Assembly: GCA_019057815.1 (NCBI GenBank)
Contig: JAHLWR010000003.1
Coordinates: 1 to 64,000 of the forward strand
Direction: 5' to 3'
Length of the DNA stretch: 64,000 nt
DNA from: Candidatus Heimdallarchaeota archaeon
Lineage (GTDB): Archaea; Asgardarchaeota; Heimdallarchaeia; Heimdallarchaeales; Heimdallarchaeaceae
Shown here: positions 9,401 through 17,882 of the stretch, in pieces
How positions within the stretch are numbered: the first letter of the stretch is position 1
Layout of the letters: each line of letters begins with the position of its first letter
Made by a program: the position numbers and the translations under genes
The notes under the pieces: generated by a model
Databases searched by the model: none
What the model was told of the DNA's origin: nothing
Seen by the model: only the letters and a program-made list of their open reading frames with translations

Positions 9401-10651
9401 AAGAATCGTTATGTTCTTCCTGAAATTGAGGAAATGACTAAGGGTAATCGTAAAATTGGTTTAGGCGTCATGGGTTTTGCTGATTTATTAGTTAAGTTGA
9501 ACATTGTTTATGATTCTAAGGAAGCTTTAACAATTGCTGAGGAAATAATGTCTTTCGTCCAGAAGATTGGTAGAGATGAATCGATCAAACTAGGCAAAGA
9601 GAAAGGAAGTTTTCCCAACTTCAAACATAGTATTTTCAAGGAAAAATATGAAGCCATGAGAAATGCTACTATAACAACTATAGCACCTACTGGGACGATA
9701 TCTCTGATCGCTGGGAATTCAAGTGGTATTGAGCCCTATTATGCGGTGGCTTATACACGTAATGTTCTTGGTGGAGAGAAACTTTTTGATGTTAATCCCT
9801 TATTTGAATCTATAGCAAAAGAAAGAGGTTTTTACTCACAAGAGCTCATTGAAGAAATCGCTTCTAGAAATTCGATTAAAGAAATGGATGAAATACCTGA
9901 GGATGTAAGAAAGATTTTTACTACGTCACATGATCTTACACCTGAGTGGCATATAAAACTTCAAGCAGCTTTCCAAAAACACGTTGACAATGCAACCTCA
10001 AAGACTATCAATTTTCCATCTTCCGCAACCAAGGAAGATATAGCCAAAGCTTACATCTTGGCTTACAAAAACGATTGTAAAGGAATAACAGTCTATAGAG
10101 ATGGATCTCGAAAATATCAAGTACTGAGCACAAAAAAGAAAGAAACGGAAGAAAAACAATCCTTAGAAAAACTTGTTACAGAAGAAAATGGGAGAATTAG
10201 AGGTAGAGTGGAACCAAGAGATAGGCCTAATACAACAATGGGAAAAACACACAAAGTAAAATCTGGGTGCGGTAACTTGTATGTCACAGTTAATAGAGAT
10301 GAGTTTGGAGTGTGTGAAGTTTTTGTTTCTGTAGGAAAATCTGGAGGGTGCATTGCAAGTCAGAGCGAAGCTGTGGGAAGATTAATATCCCTAGCACTAC
10401 GTTCAGGTGTAAAACTTGACTCAGTAGCAAGACAACTTGTTGGAATCAGATGCCCAAATCCTAGTTTCTACGAAGGTAATACGATTCTTTCCTGTGCTGA
10501 TGGTATTGCGCATGTTCTAGAAAAATACATTGATGGTAATAAAATAATCAGACCAAATGGAACAATAGCTTGCCCAGAATGCGGTGGGATGTTAGAAATC
10601 AGCGAAGGATGTTATATTTGTAGAGTTTGTGGTTATAGCAAATGTGATTAA
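3455..10651 (+). CDS. nrdJ: Class II (adenosylcobalamin-dependent) ribonucleotide reductase precursor with 4 inteins; about 728 aa when spliced, with C-terminal TSCPD domain and Zn ribbon
   Basis: After removing inteins: FLPN|SPTLMNAG..QLSA|CFVLP..GGGTGFSFSRLRPKG..KQGG|RRRGANM..STNP|CGEQPL.PYESCNLGSINL..TIAPTGTIS..CKGITVYRDGS; C-terminal KSGCGNLYVTVN and CPECG..CRVCGYSKC; TTG start with GGGG RBS; no ATP cone. Confidence 0.96.
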   Translation: MSKIQLSKNALTVLEKRYLLKDEKRKVVEKPEELFQRVANSIGNNEEEREKFYDLMTSLRFLPNCITKDTLIPTDQGVFSLGDIPAGKTNFNVYSDTGKETAEYCFDNGFHEISEIETENGYSVKCTPLHHFRIIDENGDYVWRQTKDLQNNDWIALHRDFINTYNTKIKLNIEFETKQVGAPPKPITLPEYLSEELAEFLGLYIGDGSLRDYSLRFGVFGEDTDLVNRICNLSQELFNLDPQVKKLSRANMYEVLLNSIHLSSYLRNNGLAKSSSLEAKVPNPILKSNNRVIQAFIRGLFEADGSVNDRGIEFFSASKQITKQIQFLLLGLGICSRVTSRKDGYRLHIKNNRDGLLYKDKIGFLSIRKTSLLSHIKRSSNDSTHKIPNQRKKLHEWYQHNKDYKLYKKLARFLIKGKYKQEISEEIFNQYLKEFPSLKTLPIVELMDNGLVFQKIKKITHKEEKVEVGDLMVPNNHTYIANGFVSHNSPTLMNAGTDLGQLSACFTEDQIINTSDGNKHIKNIEVGDYVLTATGNYKKVTDTMIRKSEERYEIDVWKLPSKTLSVTEEHPILVLKNGEATWVPVRELKENDYVAISYPSNTENIENINVIDYLHDERFFVENGFVYQSNVDSRLRSGTVSNQVKPIKSIIPINQDFMKFVGYYASEGDSNDKMVRFTFSDKEVKFAVDIKNIVETLFGLKTRIEESSSGNWINIRFHSKMFAEFIKNLLGTGFNKKKLPKWMLTLPPEKQEGYILGCFRGDSTLYLNRHIHNARLIMCNYDLVYAAWAMLLRIGIVPNLSTCTMPDIGNELPYSCTISASQAQNMMEEIYNTQITGIKQISMQRLKHVSINGQLFLPIRKIERIKESCDVYNFEVEDEHTYVANGVSVHNCFVLPVEDDMGGIFETIKSAALIQQSGGGTGFSFSRLRPKGDVVKTTGGVASGPISFMEVFNAATNTIKQGGCVAADSLIRTDTGTIPIGELLNCPPFGENPTKSLVYDGDDFNHAYISMDNGVAEVITITTDLGIELEPTYNHLIANVNEEGDLIWKRAEDLKEDDWIVVVLGGHSGNDSFLPPVKEQHPNSNQISLPKKITPEIGEILGLYMADGCISTQGRLVFSLDNKDSDLIQRIQDLMLKSFGLSVGTVDDKETYTDLFFYSRDLCDYFEKMNWKKTSSFDAFVPQIIFQSSEAVAKGFIRGLFAGDGDVHSDGYPRYYSISKQLIKQLQQLLLGLEIVSSITINEKRSGSFGDKPIYMLTIIPERSLTIFKNEIGFASQRKNDTFFKRFPKKAFEYVDYIPNQRSKLKQHYNYVGTGTGKGRTKRGANRQFYIAIYHYILDSPSSYRNLTRKRLLQLFEKFPFLAEDTHFREISDPKYYFTQVRSIKRSEIYTMDIEVSGSNKFVANGVLVHNRRRGANMGILRVDHPDVMEFITCKEDQSRLTNFNISIAVTESFMKAVEKGEDYDLINPRTKKVIGKLNAKEVFNKIVELSWKNGEPGMVFIDRINKSNPTPELGEIESTNPCVTGDTLIATEKGLMRMEKLVEQYGEGGIPIATDNRVPVQVPNGDGTVSLMEVKEKGVTLRPITRAFTTGIKDVYKITTQSGYELKATADHKMVTNDGWIEIRNIDLEKHKLLLQSGEGKFNKDLSLPFKIQNEFIGNNGRKYSFNFPSQWSKELGQVMGWLVGDGWLRSGDKNCRVGFTFGERDKKIMNYLKPFINSWYGTDIEAIKRENGVYHLSYHSKYFVDFFKKLGVKPVKADKKQVPETIFTAPKEAVIGFLQGLFTADGTVGVNEINNTNYIRLTSKSLRLVKEIQVLLANFGLKSIIYDRSRPAREKLFKYITRNGETRFYGSDGICYELQISRDSITKYLDVFGFLCNRHKKKTRILQEKHLIETKYEDAIVSIDYLGQERVYDLTEPKTLTFITGALVSVDCGEQPLLPYESCNLGSINLSRHVTNGSIDWSLLEDSVRFAVLFLDNVIDKNRYVLPEIEEMTKGNRKIGLGVMGFADLLVKLNIVYDSKEALTIAEEIMSFVQKIGRDESIKLGKEKGSFPNFKHSIFKEKYEAMRNATITTIAPTGTISLIAGNSSGIEPYYAVAYTRNVLGGEKLFDVNPLFESIAKERGFYSQELIEEIASRNSIKEMDEIPEDVRKIFTTSHDLTPEWHIKLQAAFQKHVDNATSKTINFPSSATKEDIAKAYILAYKNDCKGITVYRDGSRKYQVLSTKKKETEEKQSLEKLVTEENGRIRGRVEPRDRPNTTMGKTHKVKSGCGNLYVTVNRDEFGVCEVFVSVGKSGGCIASQSEAVGRLISLALRSGVKLDSVARQLVGIRCPNPSFYEGNTILSCADGIAHVLEKYIDGNKIIRPNGTIACPECGGMLEISEGCYICRVCGYSKCD
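3647..4918 (+). mobile_element. Intein 1 (424 aa) with LAGLIDADG homing endonuclease, site FLPN/SPTL
   Basis: Cys1 CITKDT, block B CTPLHHF, LAEFLGLYIGDG and FIRGLFEADG motifs, ends NGFVSHN, +1 Ser. Confidence 0.93.
4967..6127 (+). mobile_element. Intein 2 (387 aa) with LAGLIDADG-type domain, site QLSA/CFVL
   Basis: CFTEDQ start, VTEEHP, FVGYYASEG and YILGCFRGD, ends VYNFEVEDEHTYVANGVSVHN, +1 Cys. Confidence 0.93.
6344..7687 (+). mobile_element. Intein 3 (448 aa) with LAGLIDADG endonuclease, site KQGG/RRRG, non-canonical +1 Arg
   Basis: CVAADS start, PTYNH, ILGLYMADG and FIRGLFAGDG, ends FVANGVLVHN followed by CGT (Arg). Confidence 0.9.
8021..9253 (+). mobile_element. Intein 4 (411 aa) with LAGLIDADG endonuclease, site STNP/CGEQ, C-terminal Asp
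   Basis: CVTGDT start, ATADH, MGWLVGDG and FLQGLFTADG, ends VYDLTEPKTLTFITGALVSVD, +1 Cys (thiyl-radical Cys). Confidence 0.9.
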
Positions 10652-10717
10652 ATTCAACCTTTTCGTTTTTTGAAATATCTCAGAAGCACAAGCTTTTTGA
10701 GGTTATTTCTTAATTCA

Positions 10718-11785
10718 ATGATAATGATAATATGGTTTGATGCGGTTACTTCTAAAGAACCTTTACTCTTCAATGCAATTGCGAAAGAACTGGAGAAAGA
10801 TGGTCATGAAGCGATTTTTACTTGCAGAGATTATGATTATGTTGTAAGTTTATTTGATTTACTTAATCTTGAAGTTAATGTTCTAGGTCGTCATGGAGGG
10901 GGAAAATTGTATGGTAAACTTAAAGCGGGAAATGAAAGAATAGGCCTTTTAGCAGATTTCATTTTTAAATTAGAGAAAAAACCTGATTTTCATATAAGTT
11001 TTGCATGCCCAGAATCAACAAGAGTAGCTTTTGGACTAGGAATTCCAGTTACGATTATTAATGATTCACCTCATGCAAAAGCTGTTGGGAAGTTAACTAT
11101 ACCTTTGTCTAAATATCTTATCTACAGCTCTTGTATAAGCGAAAGATTATGGCTAGAGTTAGGAGCTGTTAAAGAGCAATTAGTACCTTACAATGGTATT
11201 GATGAAGTAGCTTGGTTGAAAGATTTCAATCCTAACTCTGAGGTGTTAGAAACACTTAATTTATCACCAAATGATCGTTTCATTATTGCTAGACCTGAAG
11301 AAAGTAGTGCTGCCTATATGTTAGAAGATGGAAACATTGGTGGAACAAAACTAGAGTTTATCCTAGATGCTATATTTGAGAAATATGATGGAAAAGCCGT
11401 TGTTTTTCCACGCTACGAAGAGCAAAAGCATAAAATGATAGAAACATATGGGGAGAAAATCATTGTCCCTCCTAGAGCAGTGGATACACTTTCTCTCTGT
11501 TACTACTCTGATTTGTGCGTAACAGGTGGAGCTACTATGGCAAGAGAAGCTGCTGCTCTTGGTACACCTTCAATATCCTATTATCCACGACATTTAGACG
11601 TTTTATCATACATCTCTTCTTTAGGGATTCCTTTGTATAACGAGTATTCAATAGATGATGCAATAAAACGTTCTCTTGAGTTAATTAATCATCAAGCTGA
11701 TCGTGTAAATTTAAGGAATAAAACCAAAAAAATCCTGAAAACGCTAGAATCTCCACTTGTTCCAATAACTAAAATTCTTACTTAA
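10718..11785 (+). CDS. DUF354 family GT-B-fold protein
   Basis: IWFDAVTSKE, GRHGGG, NDSPHA, RPEE..AAY, GGATMAREAAALGTPSIS; ATG at 10718 or 10724 is more likely than the TTG at 10670. Confidence 0.8.
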   Translation: MIMIIWFDAVTSKEPLLFNAIAKELEKDGHEAIFTCRDYDYVVSLFDLLNLEVNVLGRHGGGKLYGKLKAGNERIGLLADFIFKLEKKPDFHISFACPESTRVAFGLGIPVTIINDSPHAKAVGKLTIPLSKYLIYSSCISERLWLELGAVKEQLVPYNGIDEVAWLKDFNPNSEVLETLNLSPNDRFIIARPEESSAAYMLEDGNIGGTKLEFILDAIFEKYDGKAVVFPRYEEQKHKMIETYGEKIIVPPRAVDTLSLCYYSDLCVTGGATMAREAAALGTPSISYYPRHLDVLSYISSLGIPLYNEYSIDDAIKRSLELINHQADRVNLRNKTKKILKTLESPLVPITKILT

Positions 11786-11909
11786 ATCTCTTATCTTGTT
11801 ATTGATGTTTTAACATCCATAGTGTTAACATCTGATTTTTTAACCAGAATCACACTTAAAAATAATTATACTTTGAGAAAAAAATAATTGAAAAAAGGGG
11901 ATTAAAGGA

Positions 11910-13226
11910 TCATGCTCTCTCTGGTTGCTTTTTCAAACCCAGAATATCAGCATAGCCTTCCATATCCAAGAAACCATGACCACTCACATTGAAAACAATA
12001 GTTTTTGCTTCATTTTCTTTTTTACACTTTATTGCCTCATCGATGGCACATGCAACGCTGTAAGCTGATTCTGGTGCAGGTATAAAGCCCTCTGATTGTG
12101 TGAAATCTCTTGCTCTCTCGAAAACATACTTCTCATCTGTTGGATAAGCTATTGTGTCTATGTAACCGAGATTTCTTAATAAACTCAGGATTGGTGAACA
12201 CCCATGATATCTAAGACCGTCCCCTCTTATAGGTACCATTGTTATTTGGTGCCCAAGCGTGTACATTTTCAACATTGGAGTCTTTTCTGCGTAATCGGCA
12301 AAATCATACTTATATTCTCCTTGTAGATTAGGAGCTGCTTCGCTTTGTGCCGCAATAAACTGTATTTCCGCTTTCTTTGTGAGGACATCCCCCATGAAGG
12401 GAAGGGCAATACCACCGAAGTTACTGCCTCCACCAAGACACGAAATCACAATATCAGGATATTCTCCAATAAGCTCCATTTGTTTCTGGGTTTCGAGACC
12501 TATTACAGACTGATGTAACATAACATGATTCAACACGGAACCAAGACAATATACAGCTTTTGGGTCATTTTTAGCGTCTTCTAACCCCTCGGAAATAGCT
12601 ATACCTAAAGAACCATTATGGTTGGGGTTTTCTTTGTATAGTTTTCTTCCAAACTCTGTTTGGTTACTAGGTGAAGCATAAACTTCCGCACCAAACATTT
12701 GCATGAATTTTAGTCTTTGTTCTTTCCATCTGTAGACAGCACGAACCCAGAAAACAGTACAATCTAAATCGTTTAGACTTGCAGCATAAGCTAATGCATT
12801 TCCCCATTGACCAGCTCCTGTTTCTGTTGTGAGCCTCTCGAATCCTTGTTGTTTTGCATAGTAGGCTTGAGCAAGGGCTGTGTTTACCTTATGACTGCCT
12901 GTTGGGCTAAAAAATTCTGATTTGTAGTATAATTTGGCAGGAGTTCCTAATTTTTCTTCTAGTTTTTTCGCCCTAAACAAAGGCCTTGGCCTTCCTGCAG
13001 ATAAATACAAATCACGTATTCCCTCAGGAATTGGTATCCATCTCTGATTTGACATCTCCTGTTTTAAACACTCTCCAACGAGTAGGTTTGGCAATTCATT
13101 GACTCTAGAATATCCTTCAGGAGGATCTTTAGGTGGTGGAAGGGGTTCAGGTAAATCTGGGACGATGTTATACCATTTATCAGGTAGTTCATCAGCTTTA
13201 AGAATAATTTCTAAACTTTCATTCAT
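11910..13226 (-). CDS. trpB2: Stand-alone tryptophan synthase beta chain 2 (TrpB-like PLP enzyme)
   Basis: PTGSHKVNTA PLP lysine, TTETGAGQWG, GGGSNFGG, GLRYHG, PAPES, FNVSGHG. Confidence 0.93.
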   Translation of the reverse strand: MNESLEIILKADELPDKWYNIVPDLPEPLPPPKDPPEGYSRVNELPNLLVGECLKQEMSNQRWIPIPEGIRDLYLSAGRPRPLFRAKKLEEKLGTPAKLYYKSEFFSPTGSHKVNTALAQAYYAKQQGFERLTTETGAGQWGNALAYAASLNDLDCTVFWVRAVYRWKEQRLKFMQMFGAEVYASPSNQTEFGRKLYKENPNHNGSLGIAISEGLEDAKNDPKAVYCLGSVLNHVMLHQSVIGLETQKQMELIGEYPDIVISCLGGGSNFGGIALPFMGDVLTKKAEIQFIAAQSEAAPNLQGEYKYDFADYAEKTPMLKMYTLGHQITMVPIRGDGLRYHGCSPILSLLRNLGYIDTIAYPTDEKYVFERARDFTQSEGFIPAPESAYSVACAIDEAIKCKKENEAKTIVFNVSGHGFLDMEGYADILGLKKQPERA

Positions 13227-13359
13227 ATTTTACACCTAAAAGATTCAATACAGATGTCAAATAAATAGTTTTTGTGATTTTAACAACTATAAACCAAGAA
13301 ATGTGGGAGTAGTTCACATCCTTTGCACAAAGTTTAATTGAAATCAAATATTTTCGTGT

Positions 13360-14526
13360 TTGATTAGTATGAGCTTCGTTTCTGAAAAAATGAAGATAGT
13401 TAAACCAAGCGGAATTAGGGAATTATTTTCTAAAGCCCATGGTGTTAAAAATGTAATCTCTTTAGGAATAGGCACTCCAGATATTAAAACGCCTATAAAA
13501 CTTAAAGAAGCTTTAAGACAAGCTGTTTCAAATGATTGCAATAGTTATTCTCAAACGTCAGGTGATGAAGGATTAAGAGAAGCAATAACAACAAAATATA
13601 AACAAGATTATGGTGTGGACTACAACTCTTCTGATGGTGTAATAGTCACTTGCGGAGGATGTGAGTTGATCTATATCACATTACAAACCTATATTAATCA
13701 AGGTGATGAAGTCTTACTCCAAAATCCGAGTTTTCTAACTTACTTAAGACAAATAACTTTAACGGGTGGAAAACCTATCTGGATGCCTTCAGATGAAAAT
13801 CTTGAAATAGATATTGAAAAAATGAAAAATCTCATAACAGATAAATCTAAGGCAATAATTCTTAATTTTCCTTCAAACCCCACTGGAACAGTTATGAAAA
13901 AAGAAAAATTGCAGGCAATAGTTGATTTAGCAGTAGATCACAATTTGCTGATTATAAGTGATGAAGTGTATGAATACATAATATTTGATGACCATAAACA
14001 TGTTCATGTTGGTTCACTTAATGGAGCCTATGAAAGAACGATTACAGTGAATTCATTCTCAAAAACCTTTTGCGTACCTGGTTGGAGAATGGGTTATGGA
14101 GTGTCGTCACCTGAGTTATTAAACCCTATTTTGGTTTACCATTCGTTTGTTGTAGCTAACGCAACTACACCAACTCAAGTAGCTTTAGCACAATATATGA
14201 ATACTCCAGAATCTAAAGACTTTGTAAAAAAAACAAGAATGGAATTCCAGAAAAGAAGAAATATACTCGTTGAAGGATTCAATTCGTTGGCAGGAATTAA
14301 ATGTTTGAAACCTGAAGGTTCGCTTTACTGTTATCCTAATATCAGTGAAACAAAATATCCAAACGATATTGAATTTTCTCAAAAAATATTTGAAGAAGCT
14401 AAAGTTGTATTAGTTCCAGGAACAGAATTTGGACCATCTGGCAGTACTAACATAAGAGCAAGTTTTAGTTCAGCTGATGAAAAAACTCTTAAAGAGGTTG
14501 TGGATAGAATTTCTAAAGTATTATGA
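13360..14526 (+). CDS. PLP-dependent aminotransferase, class I/II
   Basis: NFPSNPTG, ISDEVYE, NSFSKTFCVPGWRMGY. Confidence 0.92.
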   Translation: MISMSFVSEKMKIVKPSGIRELFSKAHGVKNVISLGIGTPDIKTPIKLKEALRQAVSNDCNSYSQTSGDEGLREAITTKYKQDYGVDYNSSDGVIVTCGGCELIYITLQTYINQGDEVLLQNPSFLTYLRQITLTGGKPIWMPSDENLEIDIEKMKNLITDKSKAIILNFPSNPTGTVMKKEKLQAIVDLAVDHNLLIISDEVYEYIIFDDHKHVHVGSLNGAYERTITVNSFSKTFCVPGWRMGYGVSSPELLNPILVYHSFVVANATTPTQVALAQYMNTPESKDFVKKTRMEFQKRRNILVEGFNSLAGIKCLKPEGSLYCYPNISETKYPNDIEFSQKIFEEAKVVLVPGTEFGPSGSTNIRASFSSADEKTLKEVVDRISKVL

Positions 14527-14592
14527 TTTGATTGTGTAGAATAAAAACAATAAATATAAAAACAATAAAAGTAACATAATAAGTGATGATAA

Positions 14593-14778
14593 ATGAGTGA
14601 AGAAGGAACAAAAATTGTGATGTATTGTAAATTCTGTGATACGGACACAGAGCAGAATTTTAAGGGTGCTGATAGATCTGAAGGATTCATAATAACTTTT
14701 TACTGCCCCAAATGTGGAAGTTTTCATACTTTTGAATTCTTTGGTAGCGAATTTCAGCAAGATGCAGAATTGGATTGA
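14593..14778 (+). CDS. Small CxxC..CxxC zinc-ribbon protein
   Basis: YCKFCD and YCPKCGS in 61 aa; own intergenic slot with upstream GTGATG. Confidence 0.7.
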   Translation: MSEEGTKIVMYCKFCDTDTEQNFKGADRSEGFIITFYCPKCGSFHTFEFFGSEFQQDAELD

Positions 14779-14967
14779 TAAAACTCATTATCATTTCTTT
14801 AATTCCAATTACGATTTTTTAAGACCTTTATATATGATTAATAAAAGAATCAAATAGTAAATTTAATCTTTTAGCGAATGACTTTAGACTATAAAGAGAA
14901 AAAGTTCGATTTTTATAGAACAGTATCTTTTTAAGTTAAAATCGCTTAAGTAAATTTAGAACTATAT

Positions 14968-17799
14968 ATGGGGTTCATAAATATGAGAAAAAATATTATT
15001 TTTGGAATTGGCATAATTCTATTGTTATTACCAATGGTTATGCCTACAACAATGATAACATCTCCAAAAGCTTCTATTGAACCTTCGTTACCAATTGGTA
15101 ATACTCTAGATGAAACAACCGCAGGGACTAAATTAACCTACAACATCTCAGAGTTTAATTACGGCGAAGGATTCTTTGATCTATTGGATATGTTATTTGA
15201 TGAAGAGGATATACCAGCCTTTGATACAGGATTAATTGGTTCTTTGGAAGGAACTGAAATATCCTTCTATATAGCTTTAATGCGAGATCTTTACCTATAT
15301 CAATATGACAATGAAACTGAACTGTATGTTAATGAAACACTTCAAACAGCTTTTCAAGCATTACCAATGCTAGAGTTGGGACAAGATATAGGCGCTTATG
15401 TTGACCCTTCTGCATTTACATTTCCCGATGATTTTATAGAGAAAGATATTGATTACTTCTACACATCTTGGCCATTTTGCGATTTCACATTTGATATAAC
15501 AGGTACTGATTTTTGGTATGAGGTGGAAGTTGGTTTTGAAGAATATTTCAGTAACGGTTGGAATGATGCACAATATGGTGAACCTTGGTTCTGGATGGAT
15601 TGGATAGATCCTGATCGTTACGACGAAGAAGAATACATTCAATTTGCATACGAATTTGGATGTTGGCAAGGTTACTGGTTAGGTGCTGATGCATACTGGC
15701 AAAGTGGAGGAAATCCAACTTGGAATGATTATCTTGTCGCATTTTCTGGATATCAGAATGGTTTCCTATTCGGAAGAACTAGTGGTTTTAGTGCAGGACA
15801 AGCAGATTTCCTCGATGATAGAATACCAGATAAAAGTTCTGTTAATCCTTATGACACATCATTAGGAGTCTACGAAATAGGACAACATAAAGGCTATTGT
15901 ATGTCCTATGAGATGTACTATGAATCTGGTTATATATACCAAGGTGCTCAAATAAACTTCAATGATCGTCTTTATTGGAAATTATATAATAGCCAACACG
16001 AATCTTGGATTTCAGGATATATCGATGGCTATGATAACTATTATGGAAATGGTCACGAAGATGGAAGTTATGACAGAGCTTATAGTAATCCTTTCGGAAC
16101 AACCTATGAAGATCCTGAAGACTATGATGATTACGATGAATGGAGTGCAGGATTTAATGTCGGAATGCATGAAGGATATGAAGGTGGCTATTATGATGGT
16201 TTCTATAATACAAATGCAAATGAAGAAAAGCTTCGAGGTATGAGAGATTATCACTATGAACCTTATTTTGAAGGGTTTGCAATAGGAGCTGCAGATAAAT
16301 TAGCTTCTATTCCATATGATGATGTACCTGATTCAACTCCATACTCCCAAGGAACAAGTAATCCTTATGAACAAGGAGCTAATTATGCTTATGAAAATTC
16401 ATATGTTTATGGTTATGAAAACGGTAACAAATATGCAACATTAGTAAGTAGTACAAATGATTTTCTCTGGAAGATTTCAAATGGTCCATTCTATAATATG
16501 AACTTACCCTACATAGAAATCTCACTGCTTGCAGGATCAATATTACCTATTTTCGCACCATTAACCATGTTTACTGATCTCGGATTCAACTCACCTGAAT
16601 ATGAATTCTGGTATGAAGGTCCTCATGGAGATAGTTATGATCCATTCGTTGATATGATGGTGCCCTTCACTTTCTATGGACCTGATTCAAATTGGGTTGA
16701 ACTTGATGGTTTCGATCATATATACAATGCTTCCGAGCCAGAAATACCTGGGATAATAACAACATATGATTCAATAGCTGGAATATTTACCTATGATATT
16801 TATATGAATATGAGTGGAGAAGGAGAAATAGAGTACTTACAAGTATACAATACAACATCTAGCTTATTGACAGATTTTGACTTATCCTTGAGTTTCACGG
16901 AGATGGCTGATGTATGGATAGATGTATCTATTGATTTGATTGAATCAGAAACACAATATACTCCTGTTATGCCAAATCCTAGTACTTGGACATATTCGGT
17001 AAATAACTATGTTTTCTACTTCGAAGCACCTCCTGGAATGGATACTGAAGGACTTGCAGAATGGAAAGAAGATGCGCTTGCTTCCATAGGTAACCCCTTA
17101 GTTACTGTTAACATGCAAGGGTATGATGGATTATGGGCTGAAGCAGATTTAACTTTTTACGATCCTAAAGGAATAGAACCTCCAAGATATAATACAAGTA
17201 TATATCCAATGATGTATCCAGTAGGATTCCAAATTCTACCTGACTGGGAAACTTTAGATGGAATGTGGTTGACAATTGATTCTCTATTTGATAACATAGG
17301 TATAGTTACAGATGTACTCGATGCTCTTGATGCACAAAATATTAATGTTGATTTCAGTAATATGGTCATTCAACCAGATACAGGAAAGTATCTTTACAAT
17401 GATGAAGTGCTGTATTATTACATAACATTGAGTGCAGAAGTTGATGGTCAAATAAGTATGGTTAACGGTGATTACGAATGGGAAACTGACACACTAACTG
17501 GTAACATAAATGCTACACTATGGGTAGCATTTGAAGAAGACAGTGGTGTGTGTGTTGGAACTGGACTACGTGCAGGACTTGATGCAACATTAACTCAAGT
17601 ACCAGATTATGGTAATTCAGGAACACTATCTATATTCTTAGATATGGAGATAGGTGTAGATTATCTACCAATACCTAATATCTATGATCTTGGTCTTGTT
17701 GATCTCCCTGCAGTTCCAGAATTCGGCATTGTTTCTATACTAAGCATTATTGCTTTAGCAGGCATTGCTAGCGCTATAATCACATCTAAAAAGAGATAA
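14968..17799 (+). CDS. Large acidic surface protein with Gly/Tyr-rich repeats and a PEFG-type C-terminal sorting signal
   Basis: Signal peptide MRKNIIFGIGIILLLLP; repeated GYxxGYxxG; ends VPEFG, TM helix, KKR. Confidence 0.8.
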   Translation: MGFINMRKNIIFGIGIILLLLPMVMPTTMITSPKASIEPSLPIGNTLDETTAGTKLTYNISEFNYGEGFFDLLDMLFDEEDIPAFDTGLIGSLEGTEISFYIALMRDLYLYQYDNETELYVNETLQTAFQALPMLELGQDIGAYVDPSAFTFPDDFIEKDIDYFYTSWPFCDFTFDITGTDFWYEVEVGFEEYFSNGWNDAQYGEPWFWMDWIDPDRYDEEEYIQFAYEFGCWQGYWLGADAYWQSGGNPTWNDYLVAFSGYQNGFLFGRTSGFSAGQADFLDDRIPDKSSVNPYDTSLGVYEIGQHKGYCMSYEMYYESGYIYQGAQINFNDRLYWKLYNSQHESWISGYIDGYDNYYGNGHEDGSYDRAYSNPFGTTYEDPEDYDDYDEWSAGFNVGMHEGYEGGYYDGFYNTNANEEKLRGMRDYHYEPYFEGFAIGAADKLASIPYDDVPDSTPYSQGTSNPYEQGANYAYENSYVYGYENGNKYATLVSSTNDFLWKISNGPFYNMNLPYIEISLLAGSILPIFAPLTMFTDLGFNSPEYEFWYEGPHGDSYDPFVDMMVPFTFYGPDSNWVELDGFDHIYNASEPEIPGIITTYDSIAGIFTYDIYMNMSGEGEIEYLQVYNTTSSLLTDFDLSLSFTEMADVWIDVSIDLIESETQYTPVMPNPSTWTYSVNNYVFYFEAPPGMDTEGLAEWKEDALASIGNPLVTVNMQGYDGLWAEADLTFYDPKGIEPPRYNTSIYPMMYPVGFQILPDWETLDGMWLTIDSLFDNIGIVTDVLDALDAQNINVDFSNMVIQPDTGKYLYNDEVLYYYITLSAEVDGQISMVNGDYEWETDTLTGNINATLWVAFEEDSGVCVGTGLRAGLDATLTQVPDYGNSGTLSIFLDMEIGVDYLPIPNIYDLGLVDLPAVPEFGIVSILSIIALAGIASAIITSKKR

Positions 17800-17801
17800 A
17801 A

Positions 17802-17841
17802 TTCTTTTTTTTCTTTTTCTTTTTCTTTTTCTTTTTCTTTT
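17802..17841 (+). terminator. (CTTTTT)n oligo-T terminator tract
   Basis: About 5 tandem CTTTTT units directly after the stop at 17799, between convergent genes. Confidence 0.6.
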
Positions 17842-17882
17842 ATTATTAATCATAAAATTAAGTTCTAAAAAAATGAAAAAAT

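Noticed and set aside
6196-10353. Short minus-strand ORFs inside nrdJ, and similar 60-130 aa ORFs opposite or inside other genes across the window
   Set aside because: Fully nested in well-supported genes with no recognisable motifs; treated as shadow ORFs.
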